Positions 29,875-40,500 are shown, counted from the stretch's first letter. The stretch: 64,000 nt of DNA from Bacteroidales bacterium (GCA_963676165.1 OY781043.1:2233342-2297341), one strand, 5' to 3'. Notes: generated by a model from the sequence alone, not told the origin. Made by a program: numbers and translations.

Positions 29875-30705
29875 CTATTTCAAACGAATTTCACTGGGCT
29901 CAATGACAAGGTTTCCAGATTTATAAAGCTTTCCAATGGCTTTCTTAAAGGCTTTTTTACTCATTCCAAGCACTGCCTTGATGCTCTCAGGACTACTTTT
30001 ATCACCCAACTTTAACACACCATTATTCTTCTGAAGTCCGTCCAATATTTGTTGAGTATACATATCAATACTTTCAGAATATCCCAAAGGGACAATACTC
30101 AAATCAATTTTACCATCATTTCTAACCTGCTTAACGTAAGCAGTAATTTCCTCTCCTGCCCTAACTCGTTTATGAATATCAGATTTAAAGATAAGCCCAG
30201 AGTATCGCTGGTTTACAACAGCGGTCATTCCCAATTCGTTTTCCCCAGTGAGCAATACCTGAACCATCTCACCTTCAACAAATTTCACATCATCAAAATC
30301 CAGGTACTTATTTATGCGTGTCGATCCTAAAAGCCTCTCTGTTTTAGTATCCAGCAACAAAATTACAGGATATGTTTCTCCAACTTTTAAAATCATATTT
30401 TGCTCAGCATATGGTATCAACAAATCCTTGGGTAATCCCCAATCGACAAAAGCGCCAAAACGAGTTAACTCCTTCACTTTCAGCATTGCAATTTCATTAA
30501 GTTGCAACAAAGGCTTCTCAGTGGTAGCAACCATTCTATCCTGTGAATCTTTATACAAAAACACAGAAATATCATCCCCTTCTTTCATCCCTTCAGGAAT
30601 GTAAACTCCGGGCAATAAAACTTCATGTCCAGATTCATTTGTCAAATAAAATCCATGCTCAGTTTTACGTGCAGCTTTTAGTGTTTGCGTTTTTCCAATT
30701 TCCAT
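29875..30705 (-). CDS. S1 RNA-binding protein, CvfB/YitL family
   Basis: FGAFVDWGLPKDLLIPYAEQ and repeated S1-like modules. Confidence 0.8.
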   Translation of the reverse strand: MEIGKTQTLKAARKTEHGFYLTNESGHEVLLPGVYIPEGMKEGDDISVFLYKDSQDRMVATTEKPLLQLNEIAMLKVKELTRFGAFVDWGLPKDLLIPYAEQNMILKVGETYPVILLLDTKTERLLGSTRINKYLDFDDVKFVEGEMVQVLLTGENELGMTAVVNQRYSGLIFKSDIHKRVRAGEEITAYVKQVRNDGKIDLSIVPLGYSESIDMYTQQILDGLQKNNGVLKLGDKSSPESIKAVLGMSKKAFKKAIGKLYKSGNLVIEPSEIRLK

Positions 30706-30842
30706 GCAACAAAGATAATGATTATTTTCATGTCGCTCAGAGAGTAGACTGCGCCAATCATACCAAACTTATTTCAGATTTATCCTCTAAAATTTAATAA
30801 AGCCATAAATCTTTAGTAGATTTGAGGAGATAAAATTAAGCC

Positions 30843-31061
30843 ATGAATTTTAAAAATTACACACTCGATTTTTTGCGGGAAAAATATCGATTGAGTAAAA
30901 GAGCCTACAACACATGTAAAAAGAATGGGTTAACTGATTTAGAGTGTCTGATGCATTATTATCGCAATCAGAAAGACTTTACAAAGTTACCCAGATGTGG
31001 TGTTATGTCAGATTTTGAGCTAAAACAAATGTGCGAAAAGTACATGACGGCAAACAACTAA
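30843..31061 (+). CDS. small stand-alone helix-hairpin-helix protein resembling the RNA polymerase alpha C-terminal domain
   Basis: LSKRAYNTCKKNGLTDLECL...LPRCGVMSDFELKQM parallels the alpha-CTD pattern VRSANCLK..I..IGDL...PNLGKKSL.EIK. Confidence 0.45.
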   Translation: MNFKNYTLDFLREKYRLSKRAYNTCKKNGLTDLECLMHYYRNQKDFTKLPRCGVMSDFELKQMCEKYMTANN

Positions 31062-31262
31062 TCCTGACTAATTAGAGGTCAACACTCTGATTTTCTGCAT
31101 TATTGAATTTCAAATGAGATTCAACAGGGAAATAATACCCCAAATTACTACCTGACAATAAGTTTTCCTCATTTATCAGTAAACTTTCTTTGTCTCAATC
31201 TAAATGCCAACTGGAAATAAATAATCACACAAAATAAATTTGCTATTTGAACTTATGTTCAT

Positions 31263-31270
31263 TATCTTTG
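31263..31270 (+). promoter_or_regulatory. candidate Bacteroidota -7 box (TAnnTTTG)
   Basis: TATCTTTG lies 24 nt upstream of the ATG at 31295. Confidence 0.35.
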
Positions 31271-31294
31271 CAATGTAAACTAAAAATAAATATT

Positions 31295-31588
31295 ATGCCA
31301 AGAGGAGATAAATCAGGTCCAATGGGGCAAGGCACCATGACAGGACGAAAATTAGGACTCTGCACTGGAAATGAAAGTGCAGGATTCGAAAACCGTATGG
31401 GATTAGGACAACAAAACAGACAATCAACAAGAAGATCCGGCAGAGGATTAGGCTCTGGAAGAGGTCACGGTTTCAGAAACCAAAACTTTGCAACTGGACG
31501 CAGCTTAATTAAAGAAGAAAACGGACTGCTACGTGATGAGGTCAATAAATTAAAAGCACGATTGGAAAAACTTGAAAAGAATTCCTGA
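31295..31588 (+). CDS. DUF5320 family protein
   Basis: MPRGDKSGPMGQGTMTGRKLGLC N-terminal motif, a Gly/Arg-rich middle and a C-terminal coiled coil. Start moved to 31295. Confidence 0.7.
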   Translation: MPRGDKSGPMGQGTMTGRKLGLCTGNESAGFENRMGLGQQNRQSTRRSGRGLGSGRGHGFRNQNFATGRSLIKEENGLLRDEVNKLKARLEKLEKNS

Positions 31589-31610
31589 TTACCAATAAAG
31601 GTAAAAAGAT

Positions 31611-32027
31611 ATGCCGAGACAAAAACGTATGCGACGTGTATCACAAGGTCCTAAGCACAATGGCTTTCGTGCAGTATTTCCTAAAGGACACACTGCAAAA
31701 AACGACAGTATCCAATTGCATTTGGAAGAATATGAAAGCATTAAACTAATGGACTACGAGTTACACTCACAAGAAGAGGCAGCTGATTATATGAGAGTGT
31801 CACGACCTACAATCACACGCATTTACGAATCAGCACGTCGAAAAATAGCTCAAGCGCTCATAGAGGGAAGAAACATAGAAATCGGAGGGGGAAAATTTGA
31901 GTTTGATGATCAATGGATTGTATGCCCACATTGTCATGCACGTTTTTTAAGCAATTTTCAAAAAAGCATTTGTCCATGGTGTAGCAAAGACAATGCATCT
32001 CACACAAAAAAAGAGGATGAAGCATGA
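31611..32027 (+). CDS. DUF134 (UPF0251) putative DNA-binding protein with C-terminal zinc ribbon
   Basis: MPRQKRMRRV N-terminus, sigma-r4-like HTH (EEAADYMRVSRPTITRIYESARRKIA), and CPHC...CPWC. Confidence 0.8.
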   Translation: MPRQKRMRRVSQGPKHNGFRAVFPKGHTAKNDSIQLHLEEYESIKLMDYELHSQEEAADYMRVSRPTITRIYESARRKIAQALIEGRNIEIGGGKFEFDDQWIVCPHCHARFLSNFQKSICPWCSKDNASHTKKEDEA

Positions 32028-32566
32028 CAACAATTGCAATCGCAAGTAATTCAAACAATCTCAAAGGACAAATTGCACATTCACCAGGTCATTGTCCCTA
32101 CTTTTGCATTTTATCTGAAAAAGAAACCATTCGTTTTATTGAAAACCCTGCATACCACGCAGACAAAGCATTTGGATCAATTACGTCAGAGTGTTTACAG
32201 AAAGAAAACATTCAGATGGTAATTGCAGGTTTCTTTGGTCATCGTTTTCAGGAAATTGCGACACAAAACGGAATGCAACTACTTATCCCACCTCCCAGCA
32301 TGCATTCTTTATCTGCCATTATTGATTATGTAAAGAAAAACATTATGCCAAATTTGAATCATAAAGGTCCAGAAGGGGAAGGTCCTCGTACTGGGCAAAG
32401 ACAAGGAAAATGCAATCCCGAAAACAAAGGATTAAGCAAAGATGAAATTCTATCGAAGAGAGAGAAAAGCGGACAAGAAAGGATGCGCAATGCAGGAAAA
32501 GGCATGGGTCATAGTAAAGGACTCAGTCGTGGAATGGAAACCGGAAAAGGACAAAATCGTAATTAA
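32024..32566 (+). CDS. NifB/NifX-family (FeMo-cofactor-binding fold) protein fused to a second DUF5320-like module
   Basis: IAIASN...GHCPYFCIL NifX-like N-terminus. From Met108 (nt 32345), MPNLNHKGPEGEGPRTGQRQGKC repeats the DUF5320 N-terminal motif. ATGA start/stop overlap with the DUF134 gene. Confidence 0.72.
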   Translation: MTTIAIASNSNNLKGQIAHSPGHCPYFCILSEKETIRFIENPAYHADKAFGSITSECLQKENIQMVIAGFFGHRFQEIATQNGMQLLIPPPSMHSLSAIIDYVKKNIMPNLNHKGPEGEGPRTGQRQGKCNPENKGLSKDEILSKREKSGQERMRNAGKGMGHSKGLSRGMETGKGQNRN

Positions 32567-32649
32567 ACAAGCAACACAAAAGAATTCACTGAAAAAAATT
32601 AAACAAATTGCCCCGATATCTGTTTCATGTCGGGTTTCATTTTACAATT

Positions 32650-33420
32650 ATGGACGAAAGACTCATATACATTATTTTTGCCGCACTCATAGGAAGTGTT
32701 GGCAGCATCCTGATCGCAGGATCGATTTTATTGCTTAAGAAAAAGACACTGGAAAAGCTTTCAACCCGATTAATTTCCTTTGCTGGCGGAACACTCATGG
32801 GTGCTGCATTTTTAGGGATGATTCCAAATGCAATGCACACTTCCGGAGATCCACAGAAAGTAGGAATGGTAATTATTGGAGGGATATTATTCTTTTTCAT
32901 CCTTGAAAAAATCATTTTATGGCGAACCTGTAATGACGATACCTGTGACAGAACAGAGCATGCTAGTGTTCCCATTGTATTGATTGGAGATGCATTTCAC
33001 AATTTTGTAGATGGCATCGTAATTACAGCTGCTTTTATGACAAGTATTCCATTTGGAATTGTTGTCACAATTTCTGTTTTTGCCCATGAAATTCCACAAG
33101 AAATTGCAGACTTTGGAATCCTGATAAATAAAGGAATGTCCAAAGGGAAAGCGTTAAAATTTAATATTTTATCAGGAATAACTACTTTGCTAGGTGCTGG
33201 GTTGTCTTATTGGGCACTTGATACAGCAAAACATTTTATTCCGTGGGTATTGGGAATTAGTGCATCAAGCTTCATTTATATTGCACTTGCCGACCTCATT
33301 CCTCAAATGCATCAACGCACAAAAATAAAGGAAAGTGTAATTCAAATTTTATTGATGGTATTGGGTGTGGGAGTAATTTTTACAACCATGTATTTTAAAC
33401 ATAAATTTCACTTACATTAG
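32650..33420 (+). CDS. ZIP family metal cation transporter (ZupT-like)
   Basis: HNFVDG and HEIPQEIADFGIL motifs and 8 TM helices. Start moved to 32650. Confidence 0.88.
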   Translation: MDERLIYIIFAALIGSVGSILIAGSILLLKKKTLEKLSTRLISFAGGTLMGAAFLGMIPNAMHTSGDPQKVGMVIIGGILFFFILEKIILWRTCNDDTCDRTEHASVPIVLIGDAFHNFVDGIVITAAFMTSIPFGIVVTISVFAHEIPQEIADFGILINKGMSKGKALKFNILSGITTLLGAGLSYWALDTAKHFIPWVLGISASSFIYIALADLIPQMHQRTKIKESVIQILLMVLGVGVIFTTMYFKHKFHLH

Positions 33421-33422
33421 TT

Positions 33423-33842
33423 ATGAGAACAAAAATCGCAATTGATTGGACAGATGACATGTCATTCCGTTCAGAAGTAAATGGACATGAAATTATTATT
33501 GATGCAGACGAAAAAGTTGGAGGTAAAAACAGAGGTCCAAGACCGAAACCGCTTATGTTACTAGCCCTTGCAGGCTGTACAGGAATGGATGTCATTAGTA
33601 TTCTTAAGAAAATGCGTGTTGACGTGAAAGACTTCCGTGTTACGGCAGATGCCAACAATACAGAAGAACATCCAAAGCATTACGATGAGATTGTAGTACG
33701 CTATGAATTTTGGGGTGATAATTTACCAAAAGACAAAATTGAAAAAGCAGTTAACCTTTCAGAAGAAAAATATTGTGGTGTTTCTCACGTTTATAAGCAA
33801 GCAATTAAAATGACAGCTGAAATTATCATTCATCAGAAATAA
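33423..33842 (+). CDS. OsmC family protein
   Basis: GPRPKPLMLLALAGCTGMDV and EEKYCGVS, giving the two OsmC cysteines. Confidence 0.85.
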   Translation: MRTKIAIDWTDDMSFRSEVNGHEIIIDADEKVGGKNRGPRPKPLMLLALAGCTGMDVISILKKMRVDVKDFRVTADANNTEEHPKHYDEIVVRYEFWGDNLPKDKIEKAVNLSEEKYCGVSHVYKQAIKMTAEIIIHQK

Positions 33843-33864
33843 TTCTTCACGAAATAAACACAAA

Positions 33865-33899
33865 ACAGGCTGCCCACAAAAGAGCAGCCTGTTTTTTTT
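33865..33899. terminator. bidirectional intrinsic terminator
   Basis: ACAGGCTGC-ccacaaaaga-GCAGCCTGT followed by a T-run, with an A-run upstream. Confidence 0.75.
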
Positions 33900-33914
33900 A
33901 AATGTAATTTAAAA

Positions 33915-36900
33915 CTACTGAACAGATACAAATCGTTTGGTATCAATCAATTTATTATCCACAATTAAAGAATAAAGGTAAACCCCATCAATAAATGCTT
34001 CAGAAGAAATTATAATATGACCTTCACCATAACTTGATAATGGAATTGAATTCAAAATCTTGCCATTATTATCGCGAATTTCAATTCGAGCACTTTGCAC
34101 ATTATTCGGAATAAAATATCCAATGCTTGTACTTTCTCTCCAAGGGTTAGGTACATTCTGATACAATTTAGCATTATTCTCAGGAGCTGGACTTAATACA
34201 ATACCCGATGAACCACAGCAATCTGCAATAACATTTTCCAATGAATCAATTCGATCGGTTAAGTCATTGATTGCAACTTGTAAAGGTTCAATAATACTAT
34301 AAAGATCTACGGTACTACCACTTGTTATGCTCAAGTCTGTTCCAACTAAAGCGATATCCTGAATTTCATTGGTTGCATCTCCATCAGCTTCGGTGAATGA
34401 AGTTAAATACCCATTATTGTCAACCATTGCATCAACCTCGGCTTCGGTCAGATGTGTATCAGTATCGGTGTCATCAAGGTAAGGAGAAAGATCAATTGCA
34501 GTTGCAGTTCCATTATTTGTGATTGTTAAGTCGTTACCGACAAGTTGCAGATCCTGAATTTCGTTTGTAACATCCCCGTCCACTTCGGTAAATGAAGTTA
34601 AATAACCGTTATTGTCAACCATTGCATCAACCTCTGCCTCTGTTAAATGAGTATCGGTATCGTCAAGATACGGAGAAAGATCAATTGTAGTTGCTGCTCC
34701 GTTATTGGTAATTGTTAAGTCATTTCCAACCAATTGCAAATCCTGAATTTCGTTTGTTATATCACCATCAACTTCGGTGAATGAAGTTAAATAACCGTTA
34801 TTATCAACCAGTGCATCTACTTCGGCTTCTGTTAAATGAGTATCGGTATCATCAAGATACGGAGAAAGATCAATTGTAGTTGCAGTTCCGTTATTTGTGA
34901 TCATAAGGTCGTTCCCGACAAGTTGCAGATCCTGAATTTCATTTGTAATATCCCCGTCCACTTCAGTGAATGAAGTCAGGTAACCGTTATTGTCAACCAG
35001 TGCATCTACTTCTGATTCTGTCAATTGAGTATTTGTATCAATACCGGAAAGATCAATCGTACTACCACTTGTTATGCTCAAATCGGTTCCAACTAAAGCG
35101 ATGTCCTGTATTTCATTGGTCGCATCACCATCCACTTCTGTGAAGGAAGTTAAATACCCATTGTTACCAACCATTGCATCTACCTCTGATTCTGTTAATT
35201 GAGTATTTGTATCAATACCGGAAAGATCAATCGTACTACCGCTTGTTATGCTCAAATCTGTGCCTACTAAAGCGATATCTTGTATCTCATTGGTCACATC
35301 TCCATCCACTTCTGTAAAGGAAGTTAAATAGCCATTATTATCAACCATTGCGTCAACTTCTGCTTCTGTTAATTGAGTATCTGTGTTGTCCAGGTATGGA
35401 GTAAGATCAATTGTAGTAGCAGCTCCGTTATTAGTAATTGTAAGATCATTACCAATAAGTTGTAAGTCTTGTATTTCATTGGTCGCATCACCATCCACTT
35501 CTGTGAAGGAAGTTAAATACCCATTATTATCAACCATTGCATCTACTTCTGATTCGGTCAACTGAGTATCTGTATTGTCTAAATACATTGATAGATCAAC
35601 TGTTGTTGCATCATTTGTAAGACTTAATGTATTTCCTGAAAGCGTTAAATCTTGCTCATCTGTATTATCCAGATACAAAGAAAAATCAACCGTATTGGTA
35701 CCTCCGGACAGACTTAGTGTATTCCCTGCAAAACTTAGCTCCTGTGAGTCTGTATTATCAAGGTAGGTTGAGAGATCAATAGTGTTTCCATCCGTAATTG
35801 AAAGAGTATTGCCGGATAAGCCTAATTCCTGTGCTCCAGAAATAGACCAATCTGAACCATTCCAAATTTTCAATCTGTTATTTGTGCTATCATAAACCAT
35901 TAAACCTGTTTCCGTAGTAGAAATTAACCCTCCCAGAGTGGTTAATTCGGTTTCACTTAAACGGTTGACAAGAAAACCTTTGTTATTTTCAGACAAATCA
36001 ATACTCGCATTTAGATTTGGAGAAGCTGTACCAATTCCAAGTGTCATGCGGTCTGTTGCAGTTGTACCTCCAACAACAAAACTGTTTGACTGAGAACTAA
36101 CGGCATTTGTACCTAATGCGACAGAATAGTTTCCTCCTGCATTTGCTGAATAACCTAAAGCGACAGAATTAGTATCAGCAACTGAACTTGCACCAAGCGC
36201 CACAGCATATTGACCATCTAGTGTAATATCACTACCGATACCAACACTGAAATTCGCATTGATTGTCGAGAAATTACCAATACCGACAGAATGGTCATCA
36301 GTCATTAAAGAGTGGTATCCAATGGATATAGAGTATTCTGAACCTCCTCCTATTTGAGTTAGGTGACCGAGACCAATTGCTCCTGTTGAAAGCACATCTG
36401 ACAAGTTTCCAAAACCAATACCATATTGACCTGAAACTCTTGCATCGTACCCCATTAGAATTACATCATTATTATCCGGATCGCAATAAGATCCAATAAA
36501 AATTGTACGTGAACGATTATCATTATTATAATCAGCATAAGTTCCAATACCAACATTATCTTGTCCTTCTCTGTTTGTTCCACCGGCAAGATAACCTAAA
36601 TAAGTATTATTATTTGCATTTGTTGTACTATTGGTTCTGTTATTGTCCCAACCTGCACCATAACCGACAAATGTGTTTTTATCGGCATGTTCTGTATTAC
36701 CACCTGCACCATAACCTATAAAAGTATTACAATTCCCCACACCATTATCTTCTCCTGCACTTGAGCCAAAAAATGTATTCCCAATTCCTGTAGTGTTATC
36801 GTAACCCGGACCGCCACCACCAATTATAGTCATATATTCTCCCCATGTATTATCACTATAATTAGTTGCCGTAGAATTACCTTCTCCTCCAACAAAAGTG

Positions 36901-37436
36901 TTACCAGTTCCTGTAGTATTACTTCTTCCAGCAGTACTTCCAACAAAAGTATTATCACTTGCTGTAGTGTTGTTAAAACCAGCATCTTCTCCTATAAATA
37001 CGTTATCTCTACCTGTAGTGTTGGCCTCTCCACTTTCTTCACCGATAAACACATTATCAGACCCAGTTGTATTATTGTATCCGGCTTCTGTTCCAATAAA
37101 TATATTATCTGTTGCATTATTATTTAATCCTGTTTTTGCCCCAATAAAAACATTATCGGTTCCTATGTCATTGTTTTTACCTGCCTGATAGCCAATAAAT
37201 GTATTATCATTAGAAATTACAGTATTATTCACCAGCCCTCTTCCTGCCTGATAACCAAAAAACGTATTATTGCTACCTGAAGTTAATTCATAACCGGCGC
37301 TATCACCAACTACAGTGTTGAAATCACCGGTTGTACGATTATCCAATGCTCCATCTCCAGCACGATATTCCCCAGTTTGGGCATAAATTGCAATAGCTCC
37401 TAATAGGAAAACCAATAAGAGTAAAAATCTTTTCAT
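33915..37436 (-). CDS. 1173-aa repeat-rich surface/adhesin-like protein with T9SS sorting domain
   Basis: Signal peptide. The N-terminal half is made of short NTF.G..AG..NTTG..N.F.G repeats (adhesin-head or tail-fibre-like). Seven 58-65 aa tandem repeats follow, then CTD LYQNVPNPW...GVYLYSLIV. Confidence 0.8.
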   Translation of the reverse strand: MKRFLLLLVFLLGAIAIYAQTGEYRAGDGALDNRTTGDFNTVVGDSAGYELTSGSNNTFFGYQAGRGLVNNTVISNDNTFIGYQAGKNNDIGTDNVFIGAKTGLNNNATDNIFIGTEAGYNNTTGSDNVFIGEESGEANTTGRDNVFIGEDAGFNNTTASDNTFVGSTAGRSNTTGTGNTFVGGEGNSTATNYSDNTWGEYMTIIGGGGPGYDNTTGIGNTFFGSSAGEDNGVGNCNTFIGYGAGGNTEHADKNTFVGYGAGWDNNRTNSTTNANNNTYLGYLAGGTNREGQDNVGIGTYADYNNDNRSRTIFIGSYCDPDNNDVILMGYDARVSGQYGIGFGNLSDVLSTGAIGLGHLTQIGGGSEYSISIGYHSLMTDDHSVGIGNFSTINANFSVGIGSDITLDGQYAVALGASSVADTNSVALGYSANAGGNYSVALGTNAVSSQSNSFVVGGTTATDRMTLGIGTASPNLNASIDLSENNKGFLVNRLSETELTTLGGLISTTETGLMVYDSTNNRLKIWNGSDWSISGAQELGLSGNTLSITDGNTIDLSTYLDNTDSQELSFAGNTLSLSGGTNTVDFSLYLDNTDEQDLTLSGNTLSLTNDATTVDLSMYLDNTDTQLTESEVDAMVDNNGYLTSFTEVDGDATNEIQDLQLIGNDLTITNNGAATTIDLTPYLDNTDTQLTEAEVDAMVDNNGYLTSFTEVDGDVTNEIQDIALVGTDLSITSGSTIDLSGIDTNTQLTESEVDAMVGNNGYLTSFTEVDGDATNEIQDIALVGTDLSITSGSTIDLSGIDTNTQLTESEVDALVDNNGYLTSFTEVDGDITNEIQDLQLVGNDLMITNNGTATTIDLSPYLDDTDTHLTEAEVDALVDNNGYLTSFTEVDGDITNEIQDLQLVGNDLTITNNGAATTIDLSPYLDDTDTHLTEAEVDAMVDNNGYLTSFTEVDGDVTNEIQDLQLVGNDLTITNNGTATAIDLSPYLDDTDTDTHLTEAEVDAMVDNNGYLTSFTEADGDATNEIQDIALVGTDLSITSGSTVDLYSIIEPLQVAINDLTDRIDSLENVIADCCGSSGIVLSPAPENNAKLYQNVPNPWRESTSIGYFIPNNVQSARIEIRDNNGKILNSIPLSSYGEGHIIISSEAFIDGVYLYSLIVDNKLIDTKRFVSVQ
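34300..35565 (-). repeat. in-frame tandem repeat array, 7 units of 174-195 bp (two subtypes)
   Basis: Unit starts (CAACCAKTGCATC on the plus strand) at 34421, 34616, 34805, 34994, 35168, 35342 and 35531. Units encode LTE(A/S)EVDAMVDNNGYLTSFTEVDGD.TNEIQD... and are roughly 80-90 percent identical by eye. Shorter degenerate units extend to about 35830. Confidence 0.9.
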
Positions 37437-37465
37437 AGTATGTATTTTTTAAGTAGTTTATTATG

Positions 37466-37473
37466 CAAAATTA
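37466..37473 (-). promoter_or_regulatory. candidate -7 box (TAATTTTG) for the 1173-aa gene
   Basis: Matches TAnnTTTG on the minus strand, about 30 nt upstream of the ATG at 37436. Confidence 0.35.
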
Positions 37474-37532
37474 ATATAATTTCTATAACAGCTTATAATC
37501 ATAATTCCAGACAAAAAACCTAACAAAAAGAA

Positions 37533-37569
37533 ACAGGCTGCATAAAAATATTAACAGCCTGTTTTTTTT
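37533..37569 (-). terminator. terminator hairpin downstream of the 1572-aa gene
   Basis: ACAGGCTG-14 nt-CAGCCTGT flanked by A/T runs. The stem sequence is the same family as the terminator at 33865. Confidence 0.65.
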
Positions 37570-37579
37570 GCTCTTAATC

Positions 37580-37599
37580 TAACGTGAGTCGATCTAAAA
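37580..37599 (+). promoter_or_regulatory. box L: third copy of the TAACGTGA.TTCGA..TAA quasi-palindromic box
   Basis: TAACGTGAG-TCGATCTAAAA, overlapping the stop codon of the 1572-aa gene. Same orientation as box M and inverted relative to box R. Confidence 0.4.
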
Positions 37600-40500
37600 C
37601 AATTGCAATTTCATTGTCTCAACCCCATGATCTGTCTTTATCTGTACAAGATAAATACCCGACTTATATGCTTCTAAATTTAGATTTTGACGTTTTGCGT
37701 TGTTTCCATCATGACAAGACAGAATTTTACCTGCAATACTTAATACTTTAATTGAACGAATTGGTTCATTAGAAAGAATTTCTACAATTCCTTCACTTGG
37801 ATTTGGAAACAATGAACAATGTGTTTCATAATTAACACCATCCACAGCAACGAGATCCTCAGCAAAGTATGCAGACACTGTCATGTCGCCAGTAATCGTC
37901 ATATTAACAGGATTATTCGTAGATTCAATTCCATTAATGATCCATTTGTCAAAAACATATCCTTCATCAGGAACCGCTGTCATATCAACCTGATCACCGT
38001 CAACATACAAATAAGTACCGGTTGGCGGAATGGTATGCCCACCTTCTGTAAAACTCGAAATGTCTAAAGAATGTTGCTCTTGAGTTGTCTCAACAAAATA
38101 TGCAGTTGCACTTACAGCTTCATCAATTATTACTGTAATGTATTGTGTAAAATAATCAACTCCATTAATTTCCCAATGATCAAAAGCATAACCCAATTCA
38201 GGAGAAGCAAACAAGCTAATTTCCTGACCATGATTGAATGCATAATAACCAGCTTCCGGGTTCGTTGACCCACCTTCTGTTGTCGAAATATCAAATTGAT
38301 GTGTCACAATAAACTCAGCTTCTATTTCCATATCCTCAGTAATGGTAATGCTTGAAATTGCATCAGTCAAAACTTCGCCATTGACATTCCATTGAACAAA
38401 TGCATTGTATAAATCTGGGTTTGCAATAACATTAAGCTCTGTCCCTTCATTAAAGATATAATCTCCCGGAGGAGGATTTGTTGTCCCATTCCCAACAAGT
38501 GAAACGGACACATTATACTGAGACTCTGTCGTTTCAACAAAGTAAGCCGTAACAGCTTTATCACTATCCATAACAACTGCCAATGCTGCTGTTTCGAATA
38601 TATCCTCGCCAAGCACCCAATGATCAAAAACGTATCCACTTCCCGCAGATGCATAAAGATTAACATTGCTTTCTTCGATATAAGTATGTACTCCTTGCTC
38701 TAAATTAGTTGTCCCTACACCATCTACAGCAACAGTTAAATCATATTCTTTGTAATAATGAACATTCAAAAATGTCTCATCAGAGATATCGTCATCGCAC
38801 TGTGACTTTAAGATAAACTTCAATCCATTATAATCAAAAGCAGTAGGTCCACGATCTATCGTAATGGTTACATCCACAGAACCCCAAGCCGGAATAGTAT
38901 ATGGGTATGGAACATCTCCAACCACAGGACTTCCTCCGATAGAAACTTCAGCGCCATTTGGATTGGATGTATGATCAAAAATTAAGTCATATGTCATTTC
39001 TTCATCTGTTTGACTTGTATTTGCAAGATGCAAGACAAAGACAGCAGACTCATTTTCTTCGACAGATTGATAGGTTACATCTGTACTTAGTTGAACTCCT
39101 TCACGAGGAACGGTCCCCTCTTCCCACGGACAACTTGATTGTCCTGAAACAAGCCTGAAAGCAGGAACACCATATACCTGATCTTCAAGCACCTGAACAG
39201 AATAATCGTCATTTTCATCGTCATCTCCAAGATAATAACCGACTGTAGTTGTATTTGTAGTCTCTGTTGCTACTACACTCCCCCAGGTTGAGCGCCCGTG
39301 GACCGCAACACCACCAAATACACCGGCTCCTCCTACCGCAAGTCCGGCATCAACGGCAACTCCGTAATCAACATAAATATTAAAATCAAATGACGTGGAA
39401 CTGCTGTTGGTAGTTTCAAGTGTATTGGTATATCCGACTCCTCCGCTAAAACTTATGTTTTCAACTTCAGGTGAATTCTCAATAGTTTCATGGTTTCTCT
39501 CTACGAACTGTTGCCATACACTCAGTTGATTTTCAAAATAAGCGGCAGAATCAACTTCATTAATTGAAGTATAATAATCTGTTATATTCTGAAGTTCCGG
39601 AATAACCACATCAAGGACATGGGATTCTGTGTACATAAATGTCGTTTCAATTCCCTGTGGCTGCATGAACAATGTCTGGGCTTGTTCGAATTCGCAGGTG
39701 TTAAAGTTATACTCCAGTACATCTGTTACCCCGTACAACATATTCATTGCCCCGCCAATGTAAACATCTCCGCTGTTACCTGTTATATTTATATTTCCAC
39801 TTGTTTGATACTCTTCGCTCATAGTTGTTGTTACCATACTTGCCCATTCTGTCAGGCCACTTGACCCAGTACCAAGGCTGGTTGTAATATCAAGTTGTGT
39901 TTCAATATCAATTGATGCATCAACTCCGATTGCAAATCCTATCGATAATGCCGACCCTAACTGTGCTCTTACATACGTATCAACACTGCCCTCCTGAAGA
40001 AAACTTTGGGTAAAAGAACTAGAAACCGACTGGTTTTCCTGAAGGAAACTGTAACTCGCATCCCCGGGGGGATTATGTAATATGTGGAAAGGGATTTGCG
40101 GAGTAACGGTTGTATAATTTTGCTCCCGTGGATTATGTCCCAGGACAACCACATCTTTATAAATAGTATCTGTTTGTCCGTCTCTCACTAAAACAGCTTC
40201 AAAATACTTGAGATAATCCTGATCTGCGATTAAGTTGGGCGTCCCGGGAATCAACTCATATTCAATCGTTTCACCCATTTCATAAAATAAAGTATCAACA
40301 TTTTCTCCCATCCCAATCGATGAAACATTTTCACGAATAATGATATAGCCATCACTTGCAGGACAGAAATACCCATTAAATTCTTCATTCGCAGTAAACT
40401 CAATAATTGAAGGCTCATATTGTCTGACAAGTGAAACCGGCTCACCTGAACATGTCTGAACATAACTTAAACCTCCCATTGCTAATGTTGGGTCTAAACG

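Noticed and set aside
32034-32738. Alternative-frame ORFs 32034-32222 and 32442-32738 overlapping the NifX-like and ZIP genes
   Set aside because: They are out of frame with well-supported domain-containing ORFs, and their translations are basic and low-complexity.
33865-37569. Shared ACAGGCTG/CAGCCTGT stems in the terminators at 33865 and 37533 as a possible mobile repeat
   Set aside because: Only the 8-9-bp stem is shared, while the loops and flanks differ. This is most simply explained as similar intrinsic terminators rather than a repeat family.
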